64,000 nucleotides of DNA from Eledone cirrhosa (Eukaryota), in the NCBI GenBank assembly GCA_964016885.1, contig OZ024756.1, forward strand, positions 1,798,001-1,862,000. Direction: 5' to 3'. The translations under genes and the position numbers were made by a program. The notes under the pieces were generated by a model. The model did no database searches. It saw nothing but the letters and a program-made list of their open reading frames with translations, and was not told the DNA's origin. This document shows positions 39,401-51,590 of this stretch, one piece after another (position 1 is the first letter of the stretch; every line of letters begins with the position of its first letter).

Positions 39401-42400
39401 TATGAAGTGTGCAGTGTCAGTGATCTCGTCCTCTGTCTTGCTGTCTTCAGTTCATCTATGAAGTGTGCAGTGTCAGTGATCTGGTCCTCTGTCTTGCTGT
39501 GTTCAGTTTATCTATGAAGTGTGCAGTGTCAGTGATCTGTTCCTCTGTCTTGCTGTCTTCAGTACATCTATGAAGTGTGCAGTGTCAGTGATCTGGTCCT
39601 CTGTCTTGTTGTCTTCAGTTCATCTATGAAGTGTGCAGTGTCAGTGATCTGGTCCTCTGTCTTGCTGTCTTCAGTTCATCTATGAAGTGTGCAGTGTCAG
39701 TGATCTGGTCCTCTGTCTTGCTGTCTTCAGTTCATCTATGAAGTGTGCAGTGTCAGTGATCTGGTCCTCTGTCTTGCTGTCTTCAGTTCATCTATGAAGT
39801 GTGCAGTGTCAGGGATCTGGTCCTCTGTCTTGCTGTCTTCAGTTCTTCTATGAAGTGTGCAGTGTCAGTGATCTGTTCCGCTGTCTTGCTGTCTTCAGTA
39901 CATCTATGAAGTGTGCAGTGTCAGTGATCTGGTCCTCTGTCTTGCTGTCTTCAGTTCAACTATGAAGTGTGCAGTGTCAGTGATCTGGTCCTCTGTCTTG
40001 CTGTCTTCAGTTCATCTATGAAGTGTGCAGTGTCAGTGATCTGGTCCTCTGTCTTGCTGTCTTCAGTTCATCCATGAAGTGTGCAGTGTCAGTGATCTGG
40101 TCCTCTGTCTTGCTGTTTTCAGTTCATCTGTGAAGTGTGCAGTGTCAGTGATCTGGTCCTCTGTCTTGCTGTCTTCAGTACATCTATGAAGTGTGCAGTG
40201 TCAGTGATCTGGTCCTCTGTCTTGCTGTCTTCAGTTCATCTATGAAGTGTGCAGTGTCAGTGATCTGGTCCTCCGTCTTGCTGTTTTCAGTACATCTATG
40301 AAGTGTGCAGTGTCAGGGATCTGGTCCTCTGTCTTGCTGTCTTCAGTTCATCTATGAAGTGTGCAGTGTCAGTGATCTCGTCCTCTGTCTTGCTGTCTTC
40401 AGTACATCTATGAAGTGTGCAGTGTCAGTGATCTGGTCCTCTGTCTTGCTGTCTTCAGTACATCTATGAAGTGTGCAGTGTCAGTGATCTGGTCCTCTGT
40501 CTTGCTGTCTTCAGTACATCTATAAAGTGTGCAGTGTGAGGGATCTGGTCCTCTGTCTTGCTGTCTTCAGTTCATCTATGAAGTGTGCAGTGTCAGTGAT
40601 CTCGTCCTCTGTCTTGCTGTCTTCAGTACATCTATGAAGTGTGCAGTGTCAGTGATCTGGTCCTCTGTCTTGCTGTCTTCAGTACATCTATGAAGTGTGC
40701 AGTGTCAGTGATCTGGTCCTCTGTCTTGCTGTCTGCAGTTCATCTATGAAGTGTGCAGTGTCAGTGATCTGGTCCTCTGTCTTGCTGTCTTCAGTACATC
40801 TATGAAGTGTGCAGTGTCAGTGATCAGGTCCTCTGTCTTGCTGTCTTCAGTACATCTATGAAGTGTGCAGTGTCAGTGATCTGGTCCTCTGTCTTGCTGT
40901 CTTCAGTTCATCTATGAAGTGTGCAGTGTCAGTGATCTCGTCCTCTGTCTTGCTGTCTTCAGTTCATCTATGAAGTGTGCAGTGTCAGTGATCTGGTCCT
41001 CTGTCTTGCTGTCTTCAGTTTATCTATGAAGTGTGCAGTGTCAGGGATCTGGTCCTCTGTCTTGCTGTCTTCAGTTCATCTATGAAGTGTGCAGTGTCAG
41101 TGATCTGTTCCTCTGTCTTGCTGTCTTCAGTACATCTATGAAGTGTGCAGTGTCAGTGATCTGGTCCTCTGTCTAGTTGTCTTCAGTTCATCTATGAAGT
41201 GTGCAGTGTCAGTGATCTGGTCCTCTGTCTTGCTGTCTTCAGTTCATCTATGAAGTGTGCAGTGTCAGTGATCTGGTCCTATGTCTTGCTGTCTTCAGTA
41301 CATCTATGAAGTGTGCAGTGTCAGTGATCTGGTCCTCTGTCTTGCTGTCTTCAGTTCATCTATGAATTATGCAGTGTCAGTGATCTGGTCCTCTGTCTTG
41401 CTGTCTTCAGTACATCTATGAAGTGTGCAGTGTCAGTGATCTGGTCCTCTGTCTTGCTGTCTTCAGTTCATCTATGAAGTGTGCAGTGTCAGTGATCGGG
41501 TCCTCTGTCTTGCTGTCTTCAGTACATCTATGAAGTGTGCAGTGTCAGTGATCTCGTCCTCTGTCTTGCTGTCTTCAGTACATCTATGAAGTGTGCAGTG
41601 TCAGTGATCTGGTCCTCTGTCTTGCTGTCTTCAGTACATCTATGAAGTGTGCAGTGTCAGTGATCTCGTCCTCTGTCTTGCTGTTTTCAGTACATCTATG
41701 AAGTGTGCAGTGTCAGTGATCAGGTCCTCTGTCTTGCTGTCTTCAGTTCATCTATGAAGTGTGAAGTGTCAGTGATCAGCTCCTCTGTCTTGCTGTCCTC
41801 AGTACATCTATGAAGTGTGCAGTGTCAGTGATCTGGACCTCTGTCTTGCTGTCTTCACTACATCTATGAAGTGTGCAGTGTCAGTGATCTGGTCCTCTGT
41901 CTTGCTGTCTTCAGTACATCTATGAAGTGTGCAGTGTCAGTGATCTGGTCCTCTGTCTTGCTGTCTTCAGTTCATCTATGAAGTGTGCAGTGTCAGTGAT
42001 CAGGTCCTCTGTCTTGCTGTCTTCAGTATATCAATGAAGTGTGCAGTGTCAGTGATCTGGTCCTCCGTCTTGCTGTCTTCAGTACATCTATGAAGTGTGC
42101 AGTGTCAGTGATCTGGTCCTCTGTCTTGCTGTCTTCAGTACATCTATGAAGCGTGCAGTGTCAGTGATCTGGTCCTCTGTCTTGCTGTCTTCAGTACATT
42201 TATGAAGTGTGCAGTGTCAGTGATCTGGTCCTCTGTCTTGCTGTCTTCAGTACATTTATGAAGTGTGCAGTGACAGTGATCTGGTCCTCTGTCTTGCTGT
42301 CTTCAGTACATCTATGAAGCGTGCAGTGTCAGTGATCTGGTCCTCTGTCTTGCTGTCTTCAGTACATCTATGAAGCGTGCAGTGTCAGTGATCTGGTCAT

Positions 42401-42450
42401 CTGTCTTGCTGTCTTCAGTACATCTATGAAGTGTGCAGTGTCAGTGATCT
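36500..42450. repeat. Duplication with 3360-bp offset (60 monomers)
   Basis: About 36540-39080 matches 39900-42440 almost line for line (CAACTATG, CTAGTTG, CCTATG, GAATTATG, GGACC, CACTAC, GTGACAG). Single differences were seen near 36838 and 40117. Confidence 0.88.
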
Positions 42451-43249
42451 GGTCCTCTGTCTTGCTGTCTTCAGTTCATTAATGAAGTGTGCAGTGTCAT
42501 TGATCTGGTCCTCTGTCTTGCTGTCTTCAGTTCATCTATGAAGTGTGCAGTGTCAGTTATCTGGTCCTCTGTCTTGCTGTCTTCAGTGCATCTATGAAGT
42601 GTGCAGTGTCAGTGATCTGGTCCTCTGTCTTGCTGTCTTCAGTACATCTATGAAGTGTGCAGTGTCAGTGATCTGGTCCTCTGTCTGGCTGTCTTCAGTA
42701 CATCTATGAAGTGTGCAGTGTCAGGGATCTGGTCCTCTGTCTTGCTGTCTTCAGTACATCTATGAAGTGTGCAGTGTCAGTGATCTGGTCCTCTGTCTTG
42801 CTGTCTTCAGTACATCTATGAAGTGTGCAGTGTCAGTGATCTCGTCCTCTGTCTTGCTGTCTGCAGTTCATCTATGAAGTGTGCAGTGTCAGTGATCTGG
42901 TCCTCTGTCTTGCTGTCTTCAGTACATCTATGAAGTGTGCAGTGTCAGTGATCTGGTCCTCTGTCTTGCTGTCTTCAGTACATCTATGAAGTGTGCAGTG
43001 TCAGTGATCTGGTCCTCTGTCTTGCTGTCTTCAGTTCATCTATGAAGTGTGCAGTGTCAGTGATCTCGTCCTCTGTCTTGCTGTCTTCAGTACATCTATG
43101 AAGTGTGCAGTGTCAGTGATCTGGTCCTCTGTCTTGCTGTGTTCAGTTTATCTATGAAGTGTGCAGTGTCAGTGATCTGTTCCTCTGTCTTGCTGTCTTC
43201 AGTACATCTATGAAGTGTGCAGTGTCAGTGATCTGGTCCTCTGTCTTGT

Positions 43250-46200
43250 TGTCTTCAGTTCATCTATGAAGTGTGCAGTGTCAGTGATCTGGTCCTCTGT
43301 CTTGCTGTCTTCAGTTCATCTATGAAGTGTGCAGTGTCAGTGATCTGGTCCTCTGTCTTGCTGTCTTCAGTTCATCTATGAAGTGTGCAGTGTCAGTGAT
43401 CTGGTCCTCTGTCTTGCTGTCTTCAGTTCATCTATGAAGTGTGCAGTGTCAGGGATCTGGTCCTCTGTCTTGCTGTCTTCAGTTCTTCTATGAAGTGTGC
43501 AGTGTCAGTGATCTGTTCCGCTGTCTTGCTGTCTTCAGTACATCTATGAAGTGTGCAGTGTCAGTGATCTGGTCCTCTGTCTTGCTGTCTTCAGTTCAAC
43601 TATGAAGTGTGCAGTGTCAGTGATCTGGTCCTCTGTCTTGCTGTCTTCAGTTCATCTATGAAGTGTGCAGTGTCAGTGATCTGGTCCTCTGTCTTGCTGT
43701 CTTCAGTACATCTATGAAGTGTGCAGTGTCAGTGATCTGGTCCTCTGTCTTGCTGTCTTCAGTTCATCTATGAAGTGTGCAGTGTCAGTGATCAGGTCCT
43801 CTGTCTTGCTGTCTTCAGTATATCAATGAAGTGTGCAGTGTCAGTGATCTGGTCCTCCGTCTTGCTGTCTTCAGTACATCTATGAAGTGTGCAGTGTCAG
43901 TGATCTGGTCCTCTGTCTTGCTGTCTTCAGTACATCTATGAAGCGTGCAGTGTCAGTGATCTGGTCCTCTGTCTTGCTGTCTTCAGTACATTTATGAAGT
44001 GTGCAGTGTCAGTGATCTGGTCCTCTGTCTTGCTGTCTTCAGTACATTTATGAAGTGTGCAGTGACAGTGATCTGGTCCTCTGTCTTGCTGTCTTCAGTA
44101 CATCTATGAAGCGTGCAGTGTCAGTGATCTGGTCCTCTGTCTTGCTGTCTTCAGTACATCTATGAAGCGTGCAGTGTCAGTGATCTGGTCATCTGTCTTG
44201 CTGTCTTCAGTACATCTATGAAGTGTGCAGTGTCAGTGATCTGGTCCTCTGTCTTGCTGTCTTCAGTTCATTAATGAAGTGTGCAGTGTCATTGATCTGG
44301 TCCTCTGTCTTGCTGTCTTCAGTTCATCTATGAAGTGTGCAGTGTCAGTTATCTGGTCCTCTGTCTTGCTGTCTTCAGTGCATCTATGAAGTGTGCAGTG
44401 TCAGTGATCTGGTCCTCTGTCTTGCTGTCTTCAGTACATCTATGAAGTGTGCAGTGTCAGTGATCTGGTCCTCTGTCTGGCTGTCTTCAGTACATCTATG
44501 AAGTGTGCAGTGTCAGGGATCTGGTCCTCTGTCTTGCTGTCTTCAGTACATCTATGAAGTGTGCAGTGTCAGTGATCTGGTCCTCTGTCTTGCTGTCTTC
44601 AGTACATCTATGAAGTGTGCAGTGTCAGTGATCTCGTCCTCTGTCTTGCTGTCTGCAGTTCATCTATGAAGTGTGCAGTGTCAGTGATCTGGTCCTCTGT
44701 CTTGCTGTCTTCAGTACATCTATGAAGTGTGCAGTGTCAGTGATCTGGTCCTCTGTCTTGCTGTCTTCAGTACATCTATGAAGTGTGCAGTGTCAGTGAT
44801 CTGGTCCTCTGTCTTGCTGTCTTCAGTTCATCTATGAAGTGTGCAGTGTCAGTGATCTCGTCCTCTGTCTTGCTGTCTTCAGTACATCTATGAAGTGTGC
44901 AGTGTCAGTGATCTGGTCCTCTGTCTTGCTGTGTTCAGTTTATCTATGAAGTGTGCAGTGTCAGTGATCTGTTCCTCTGTCTTGCTGTCTTCAGTACATC
45001 TATGAAGTGTGCAGTGTCAGTGATCTGGTCCTCTGTCTTGTTGTCTTCAGTTCATCTATGAAGTGTGCAGTGTCAGTGATCTGGTCCTCTGTCTTGCTGT
45101 CTTCAGTTCATCTATGAAGTGTGCAGTGTCAGTGATCTGGTCCTCTGTCTTGCTGTCTTCAGTTCATCTATGAAGTGTGCAGTGTCAGTGATCTGGTCCT
45201 CTGTCTTGCTGTCTTCAGTTCATCTATGAAGTGTGCAGTGTCAGGGATCTGGTCCTCTATCTTGCTGTCTTCAGTTCTTCTATGAAGTGTGCAGTGTCAG
45301 TGATCTGTTCCGCTGTCTTGCTGTCTTCAGTACATCTATGAAGTGTGCAGTGTCAGTGATCTGGTCCTCTGTCTTGCTGTCTTCAGTTCAACTATGAAGT
45401 GTGCAGTGTCAGTGATCTGGTCCTCTGTCTTGCTGTCTTCAGTTCATCTATGAAGTGTGCAGTGTCAGTGATCTGGTCCTCTGTCTTGCTGTCTTCAGTT
45501 CATCCATGAAGTGTGCAGTGTCAGTGATCTGGTCCTCTGTCTTGCTGTCTTCAGTTCATCTGTGAAGTGTGCAGTGTCAGTGATCTGGTCCTCTGTGTTG
45601 CTGTCTTCAGTACATCTATGAAGTGTGCAGTGTCAGTGATCTGGTCCTCTGTCTTGCTGTCTTCAGTTCATCTATGAAGTGTGCAGTGTCAGTGATCTGG
45701 TCCTCCGTCTTGCTGTTTTCAGTACATCTATGAAGTGTGCAGTGTCAGGGATCTGGTCCTCTGTCTTGCTGTCTTCAGTTCATCTATGAAGTGTGCAGTG
45801 TCAGTGATCTCGTCCTCTGTCTTGCTGTCTTCAGTACATCTATGAAGTGTGCAGTGTCAGTGATCTGGTCCTCTGTCTTGCTGTCTTCAGTACATCTATG
45901 AAGTGTGCAGTGTCAGTGATCTGGTCCTCTGTCTTGCTGTCTTCAGTACATCTATAAAGTGTGCAGTGTGAGGGATCTGGTCCTCTGTCTTGCTGTCTTC
46001 AGTTCATCTATGAAGTGTGCAGTGTCAGTGATCTCGTCCTCTGTCTTGCTGTCTTCAGTACATCTATGAAGTGTGCAGTGTCAGTGATCTGGTCCTCTGT
46101 CTTGCTGTCTTCAGTACATCTATGAAGTGTGCAGTGTCAGTGATCTGGTCCTCTGTCTTGCTGTCTGCAGTTCATCTATGAAGTGTGCAGTGTCAGTGAT

Positions 46201-49200
46201 CTGGTCCTCTGTCTTGCTGTCTTCAGTACATCTATGAAGCGTGCAGTGTCAGTGATCTGGTCCTCTGTCTTGCTGTCTTCAGTACATTTATGAAGTGTGC
46301 AGTGTCAGTGATCTGGTCATCTGTCTTGCTGTCTTCAGTACATCTATGAAGTGTGCAGTGTCAGTGATCTGGTCCTCTGTCTTGCTGTCTTCAGTTCATC
46401 TATGAAGTGTGCAGTGTCAGGGATCTGGTCCTCTGTCTTGCTGTCTTCAGTTCATCTATGAAGTGTGCAGTGTCAGTTATCTGGTCCTCTGTCTTGCTGT
46501 CTTCAGTGCATCTATGAAGTGTGCAGTGTCAGTGATCTGGTCCTCTGTCTTGCTGTCTTCAGTACATCTATGAAGTGTGCAGTGTCAGTGATCTGGTCCT
46601 CTGTCTTGCTGTCTTCAGTACATCTATGAAGTGTGCAGTGTCAGGGATCTGGTCCTCTGTCTTGCTGTCTTCAGTTCATCTATGAAGTGTGCAGTGTCAG
46701 TGATCTCGTCCTCTGTCTTGCTGTCTTCAGTACATCTATGAAGTGTGCAGTGTCAGTGATCTCGTCCTCTGTCTTGCTGTCTTCAGTACATCTATGAAGT
46801 GTGCAGTGTCAGTGATCTGGTCCTCTGTCTTGCTGTCTGCAGTTCATCTATGAAGTGTGCAGTGTCAGTGATCTGGTCCTCTGTCTTGCTGTCTTCAGTA
46901 CATCTATGAAGTGTGCAGTGTCAGTGATCTGGTCCTCTGTCTTGCTGTCTTCAGTACATCTATGAAGTGTGCAGTGTCAGTGATCTGGTCCTCTGTCTTG
47001 CTGTCTTCAGTACATCTATGAAGTGTGCAGTGTCAGTGATCTGGTCCTCTGTCTTGCTGTCTTCAGTTCATCTATGAAGTGTGCAGTGTCAGTGATCAGG
47101 TCCTCTGTCTTGCTGTCTTCAGTATATCAATGAAGTGTGCAGTGTCAGTGATCTGGTCCTCCGTCTTGCTGTCTTCAGTACATCTATGAAGTGTGCAGTG
47201 TCAGTGATCTGGTCCTCTGTCTTGCTGTCTTGAGTACATCTATGAAGCGTGCAGTGTCAGTGATCTGGTCCTCTGTCTTGCTGTCTTCAGTACATTTATG
47301 AAGTGTGCAGTGTCAGTGATCTGGTCCTCTGTCTTGCTGTCTTCAGTACATCTATGAAGTGTGCAGTGTCAGTGATCTCGTCCTCTGTCTTGCTGTCTTC
47401 AGTTCATCTATGAAGTGTGCAGTGTCAGTGATCTGGTCCTCTGTCTTGCTGTCTTCAGTTCATCTATGAAGTGTGCAGTGTCAGTGATCTGGTCCTCTGT
47501 CTTGCTGTCTTCAGTTCATCTATGAAGTGTGCAGTGTCAGTGATCTGGTCCTCTGTCTTGCTGTCTTCAGTTCATCTATGAAGTGTGCAGTGTCAGGGAT
47601 CTGGTCCTCTGTCTTGCTGTCTTCAGTTCTTCTATGAAGTGTGCAGTGTCAGTGATCTGTTCCGCTGTCTTGCTGTCTTCAGTACATCTATGAAGTGTGC
47701 AGTGTCAGTGATCTGGTCCTCTGTCTTGCTGTCTTCAGTTCAACTATGAAGTGTGCAGTGTCAGTGATCTGGTCCTCTGTCTTGCTGTCTTCAGTTCATC
47801 TATGAAGTGTGCAGTGTCAGTGATCTGGTCCTCTGTCTTGCTGTCTTCAGTACATCTATGAAGTGTGCAGTGTCAGTGATCTGGTCCTCTGTCTTGCTGT
47901 CTTCAGTTCATCTATGAAGTGTGCAGTGTCAGTGATCAGGTCCTCTGTCTTGCTGTCTTCAGTATATCAATGAAGTGTGCAGTGTCAGTGATCTGGTCCT
48001 CCGTCTTGCTGTCTTCAGTACATCTATGAAGTGTGCAGTGTCAGTGATCTGGTCCTCTGTCTTGCTGTCTTCAGTACATCTATGAAGCGTGCAGTGTCAG
48101 TGATCTGGTCCTCTGTCTTGCTGTCTTCAGTACATTTATGAAGTGTGCAGTGTCAGTGATCTGGTCCTCTGTCTTGCTGTCTTCAGTACATTTATGAAGT
48201 GTGCAGTGACAGTGATCTGGTCCTCTGTCTTGCTGTCTTCAGTACATCTATGAAGCGTGCAGTGTCAGTGATCTGGTCCTCTGTCTTGCTGTCTTCAGTA
48301 CATCTATGAAGCGTGCAGTGTCAGTGATCTGGTCATCTGTCTTGCTGTCTTCAGTACATCTATGAAGTGTGCAGTGTCAGTGATCTGGTCCTCTGTCTTG
48401 CTGTCTTCAGTTCATTAATGAAGTGTGCAGTGTCATTGATCTGGTCCTCTGTCTTGCTGTCTTCAGTTCATCTATGAAGTGTGCAGTGTCAGTTATCTGG
48501 TCCTCTGTCTTGCTGTCTTCAGTGCATCTATGAAGTGTGCAGTGTCAGTGATCTGGTCCTCTGTCTTGCTGTCTTCAGTACATCTATGAAGTGTGCAGTG
48601 TCAGTGATCTGGTCCTCTGTCTGGCTGTCTTCAGTACATCTATGAAGTGTGCAGTGTCAGGGATCTGGTCCTCTGTCTTGCTGTCTTCAGTACATCTATG
48701 AAGTGTGCAGTGTCAGTGATCTGGTCCTCTGTCTTGCTGTCTTCAGTACATCTATGAAGTGTGCAGTGTCAGTGATCTCGTCCTCTGTCTTGCTGTCTGC
48801 AGTTCATCTATGAAGTGTGCAGTGTCAGTGATCTGGTCCTCTGTCTTGCTGTCTTCAGTACATCTATGAAGTGTGCAGTGTCAGTGATCTGGTCCTCTGT
48901 CTTGCTGTCTTCAGTACATCTATGAAGTGTGCAGTGTCAGTGATCTGGTCCTCTGTCTTGCTGTCTTCAGTTCATCTATGAAGTGTGCAGTGTCAGTGAT
49001 CTCGTCCTCTGTCTTGCTGTCTTCAGTACATCTATGAAGTGTGCAGTGTCAGTGATCTGGTCCTCTGTCTTGCTGTGTTCAGTTTATCTATGAAGTGTGC
49101 AGTGTCAGTGATCTGTTCCTCTGTCTTGCTGTCTTCAGTACATCTATGAAGTGTGCAGTGTCAGTGATCTGGTCCTCTGTCTTGTTGTCTTCAGTTCATC

Positions 49201-51590
49201 TATGAAGTGTGCAGTGTCAGTGATCTGGTCCTCTGTCTTGCTGTCTTCAGTTCATCTATGAAGTGTGCAGTGTCAGTGATCTGGTCCTCTGTCTTGCTGT
49301 CTTCAGTTCATCTATGAAGTGTGCAGTGTCAGTGATCTGGTCCTCTGTCTTGCTGTCTTCAGTTCATCTATGAAGTGTGCAGTGTCAGGGATCTGGTCCT
49401 CTGTCTTGCTGTCTTCAGTTCTTCTATGAAGTGTGCAGTGTCAGTGATCTGTTCCGCTGTCTTGCTGTCTTCAGTACATCTATGAAGTGTGCAGTGTCAG
49501 TGATCTGGTCCTCTGTCTTGCTGTCTTCAGTTCAACTATGAAGTGTGCAGTGTCAGTGATCTGGTCCTCTGTCTTGCTGTCTTCAGTTCATCTATGAAGT
49601 GTGCAGTGTCAGTGATCTGGTCCTCTGTCTTGCTGTCTTCAGTTCATCCATGAAGTGTGCAGTGTCAGTGATCTGGTCCTCTGTCTTGCTGTCTTCAGTT
49701 CATCTGTGAAGTGTGCAGTGTCAGTGATCTGGTCCTCTGTGTTGCTGTCTTCAGTACATCTATGAAGTGTGCAGTGTCAGTGATCTGGTCCTCTGTCTTG
49801 CTGTCTTCAGTTCATCTATGAAGTGTGCAGTGTCAGTGATCTGGTCCTCCGTCTTGCTGTTTTCAGTACATCTATGAAGTGTGCAGTGTCAGGGATCTGG
49901 TCCTCTGTCTTGCTGTCTTCAGTTCATCTATGAAGTGTGCAGTGTCAGTGATCTCGTCCTCTGTCTTGCTGTCTTCAGTACATCTATGAAGTGTGCAGTG
50001 TCAGTGATCTGGTCCTCTGTCTTGCTGTCTTCAGTACATCTATGAAGTGTGCAGTGTCAGTGATCTGGTCCTCTGTCTTGCTGTCTTCAGTACATCTATA
50101 AAGTGTGCAGTGTGAGGGATCTGGTCCTCTGTCTTGCTGTCTTCAGTTCATCTATGAAGTGTGCAGTGTCAGTGATCTCGTCCTCTGTCTTGCTGTCTTC
50201 AGTACATCTATGAAGTGTGCAGTGTCAGTGATCTGGTCCTCTGTCTTGCTGTCTTCAGTACATCTATGAAGTGTGCAGTGTCAGTGATCTGGTCCTCTGT
50301 CTTGCTGTCTGCAGTTCATCTATGAAGTGTGCAGTGTCAGTGATCTGGTCCTCTGTCTTGCTGTCTTCAGTACATCTATGAAGCGTGCAGTGTCAGTGAT
50401 CTGGTCCTCTGTCTTGCTGTCTTCAGTACATTTATGAAGTGTGCAGTGTCAGTGATCTGGTCATCTGTCTTGCTGTCTTCAGTACATCTATGAAGTGTGC
50501 AGTGTCAGTGATCTGGTCCTCTGTCTTGCTGTCTTCAGTTCATCTATGAAGTGTGCAGTGTCAGGGATCTGGTCCTCTGTCTTGCTGTCTTCAGTTCATC
50601 TATGAAGTGTGCAGTGTCAGTTATCTGGTCCTCTGTCTTGCTGTCTTCAGTGCATCTATGAAGTGTGCAGTGTCAGTGATCTGGTCCTCTGTCTTGCTGT
50701 CTTCAGTACATCTATGAAGTGTGCAGTGTCAGTGATCTGGTCCTCTGTCTTGCTGTCTTCAGTACATCTATGAAGTGTGCAGTGTCAGGGATCTGGTCCT
50801 CTGTCTTGCTGTCTTCAGTTCATCTATGAAGTGTGCAGTGTCAGTGATCTCGTCCTCTGTCTTGCTGTCTTCAGTACATCTATGAAGTGTGCAGTGTCAG
50901 TGATCTCGTCCTCTGTCTTGCTGTCTTCAGTACATCTATGAAGTGTGCAGTGTCAGTGATCTGGTCCTCTGTCTTGCTGTCTGCAGTTCATCTATGAAGT
51001 GTGCAGTGTCAGTGATCTGGTCCTCTGTCTTGCTGTCTTCAGTACATCTATGAAGTGTGCAGTGTCAGTGATCTGGTCCTCTGTCTTGCTGTCTTCAGTA
51101 CATCTATGAAGTGTGCAGTGTCAGTGATCTGGTCCTCTGTCTTGCTGTCTTCAGTACATCTATGAAGTGTGCAGTGTCAGTGATCTGGTCCTCTGTCTTG
51201 CTGTCTTCAGTTCATCTATGAAGTGTGCAGTGTCAGTGATCAGGTCCTCTGTCTTGCTGTCTTCAGTATATCAATGAAGTGTGCAGTGTCAGTGATCTGG
51301 TCCTCCGTCTTGCTGTCTTCAGTACATCTATGAAGTGTGCAGTGTCAGTGATCTGGTCCTCTGTCTTGCTGTCTTGAGTACATCTATGAAGCGTGCAGTG
51401 TCAGTGATCTGGTCCTCTGTCTTGCTGTCTTCAGTACATTTATGAAGTGTGCAGTGTCAGTGATCTGGTCCTCTGTCTTGCTGTCTTCAGTACATCTATG
51501 AAGTGTGCAGTGTCAGTGATCTCGTCCTCTGTCTTGCTGTCTTCAGTTCATCTATGAAGTGTGCAGTGTCAGTGATCTGGTCCTCTGTCT
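43250..51590. repeat. Tandem duplication, 4144-bp period (74 monomers)
   Basis: Private TTGAGTAC near 47231/51375, CATTAATG near 44269/48413 and TATAAAG at 45953/50097, all offset 4144. Ends are approximate. Confidence 0.85.
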
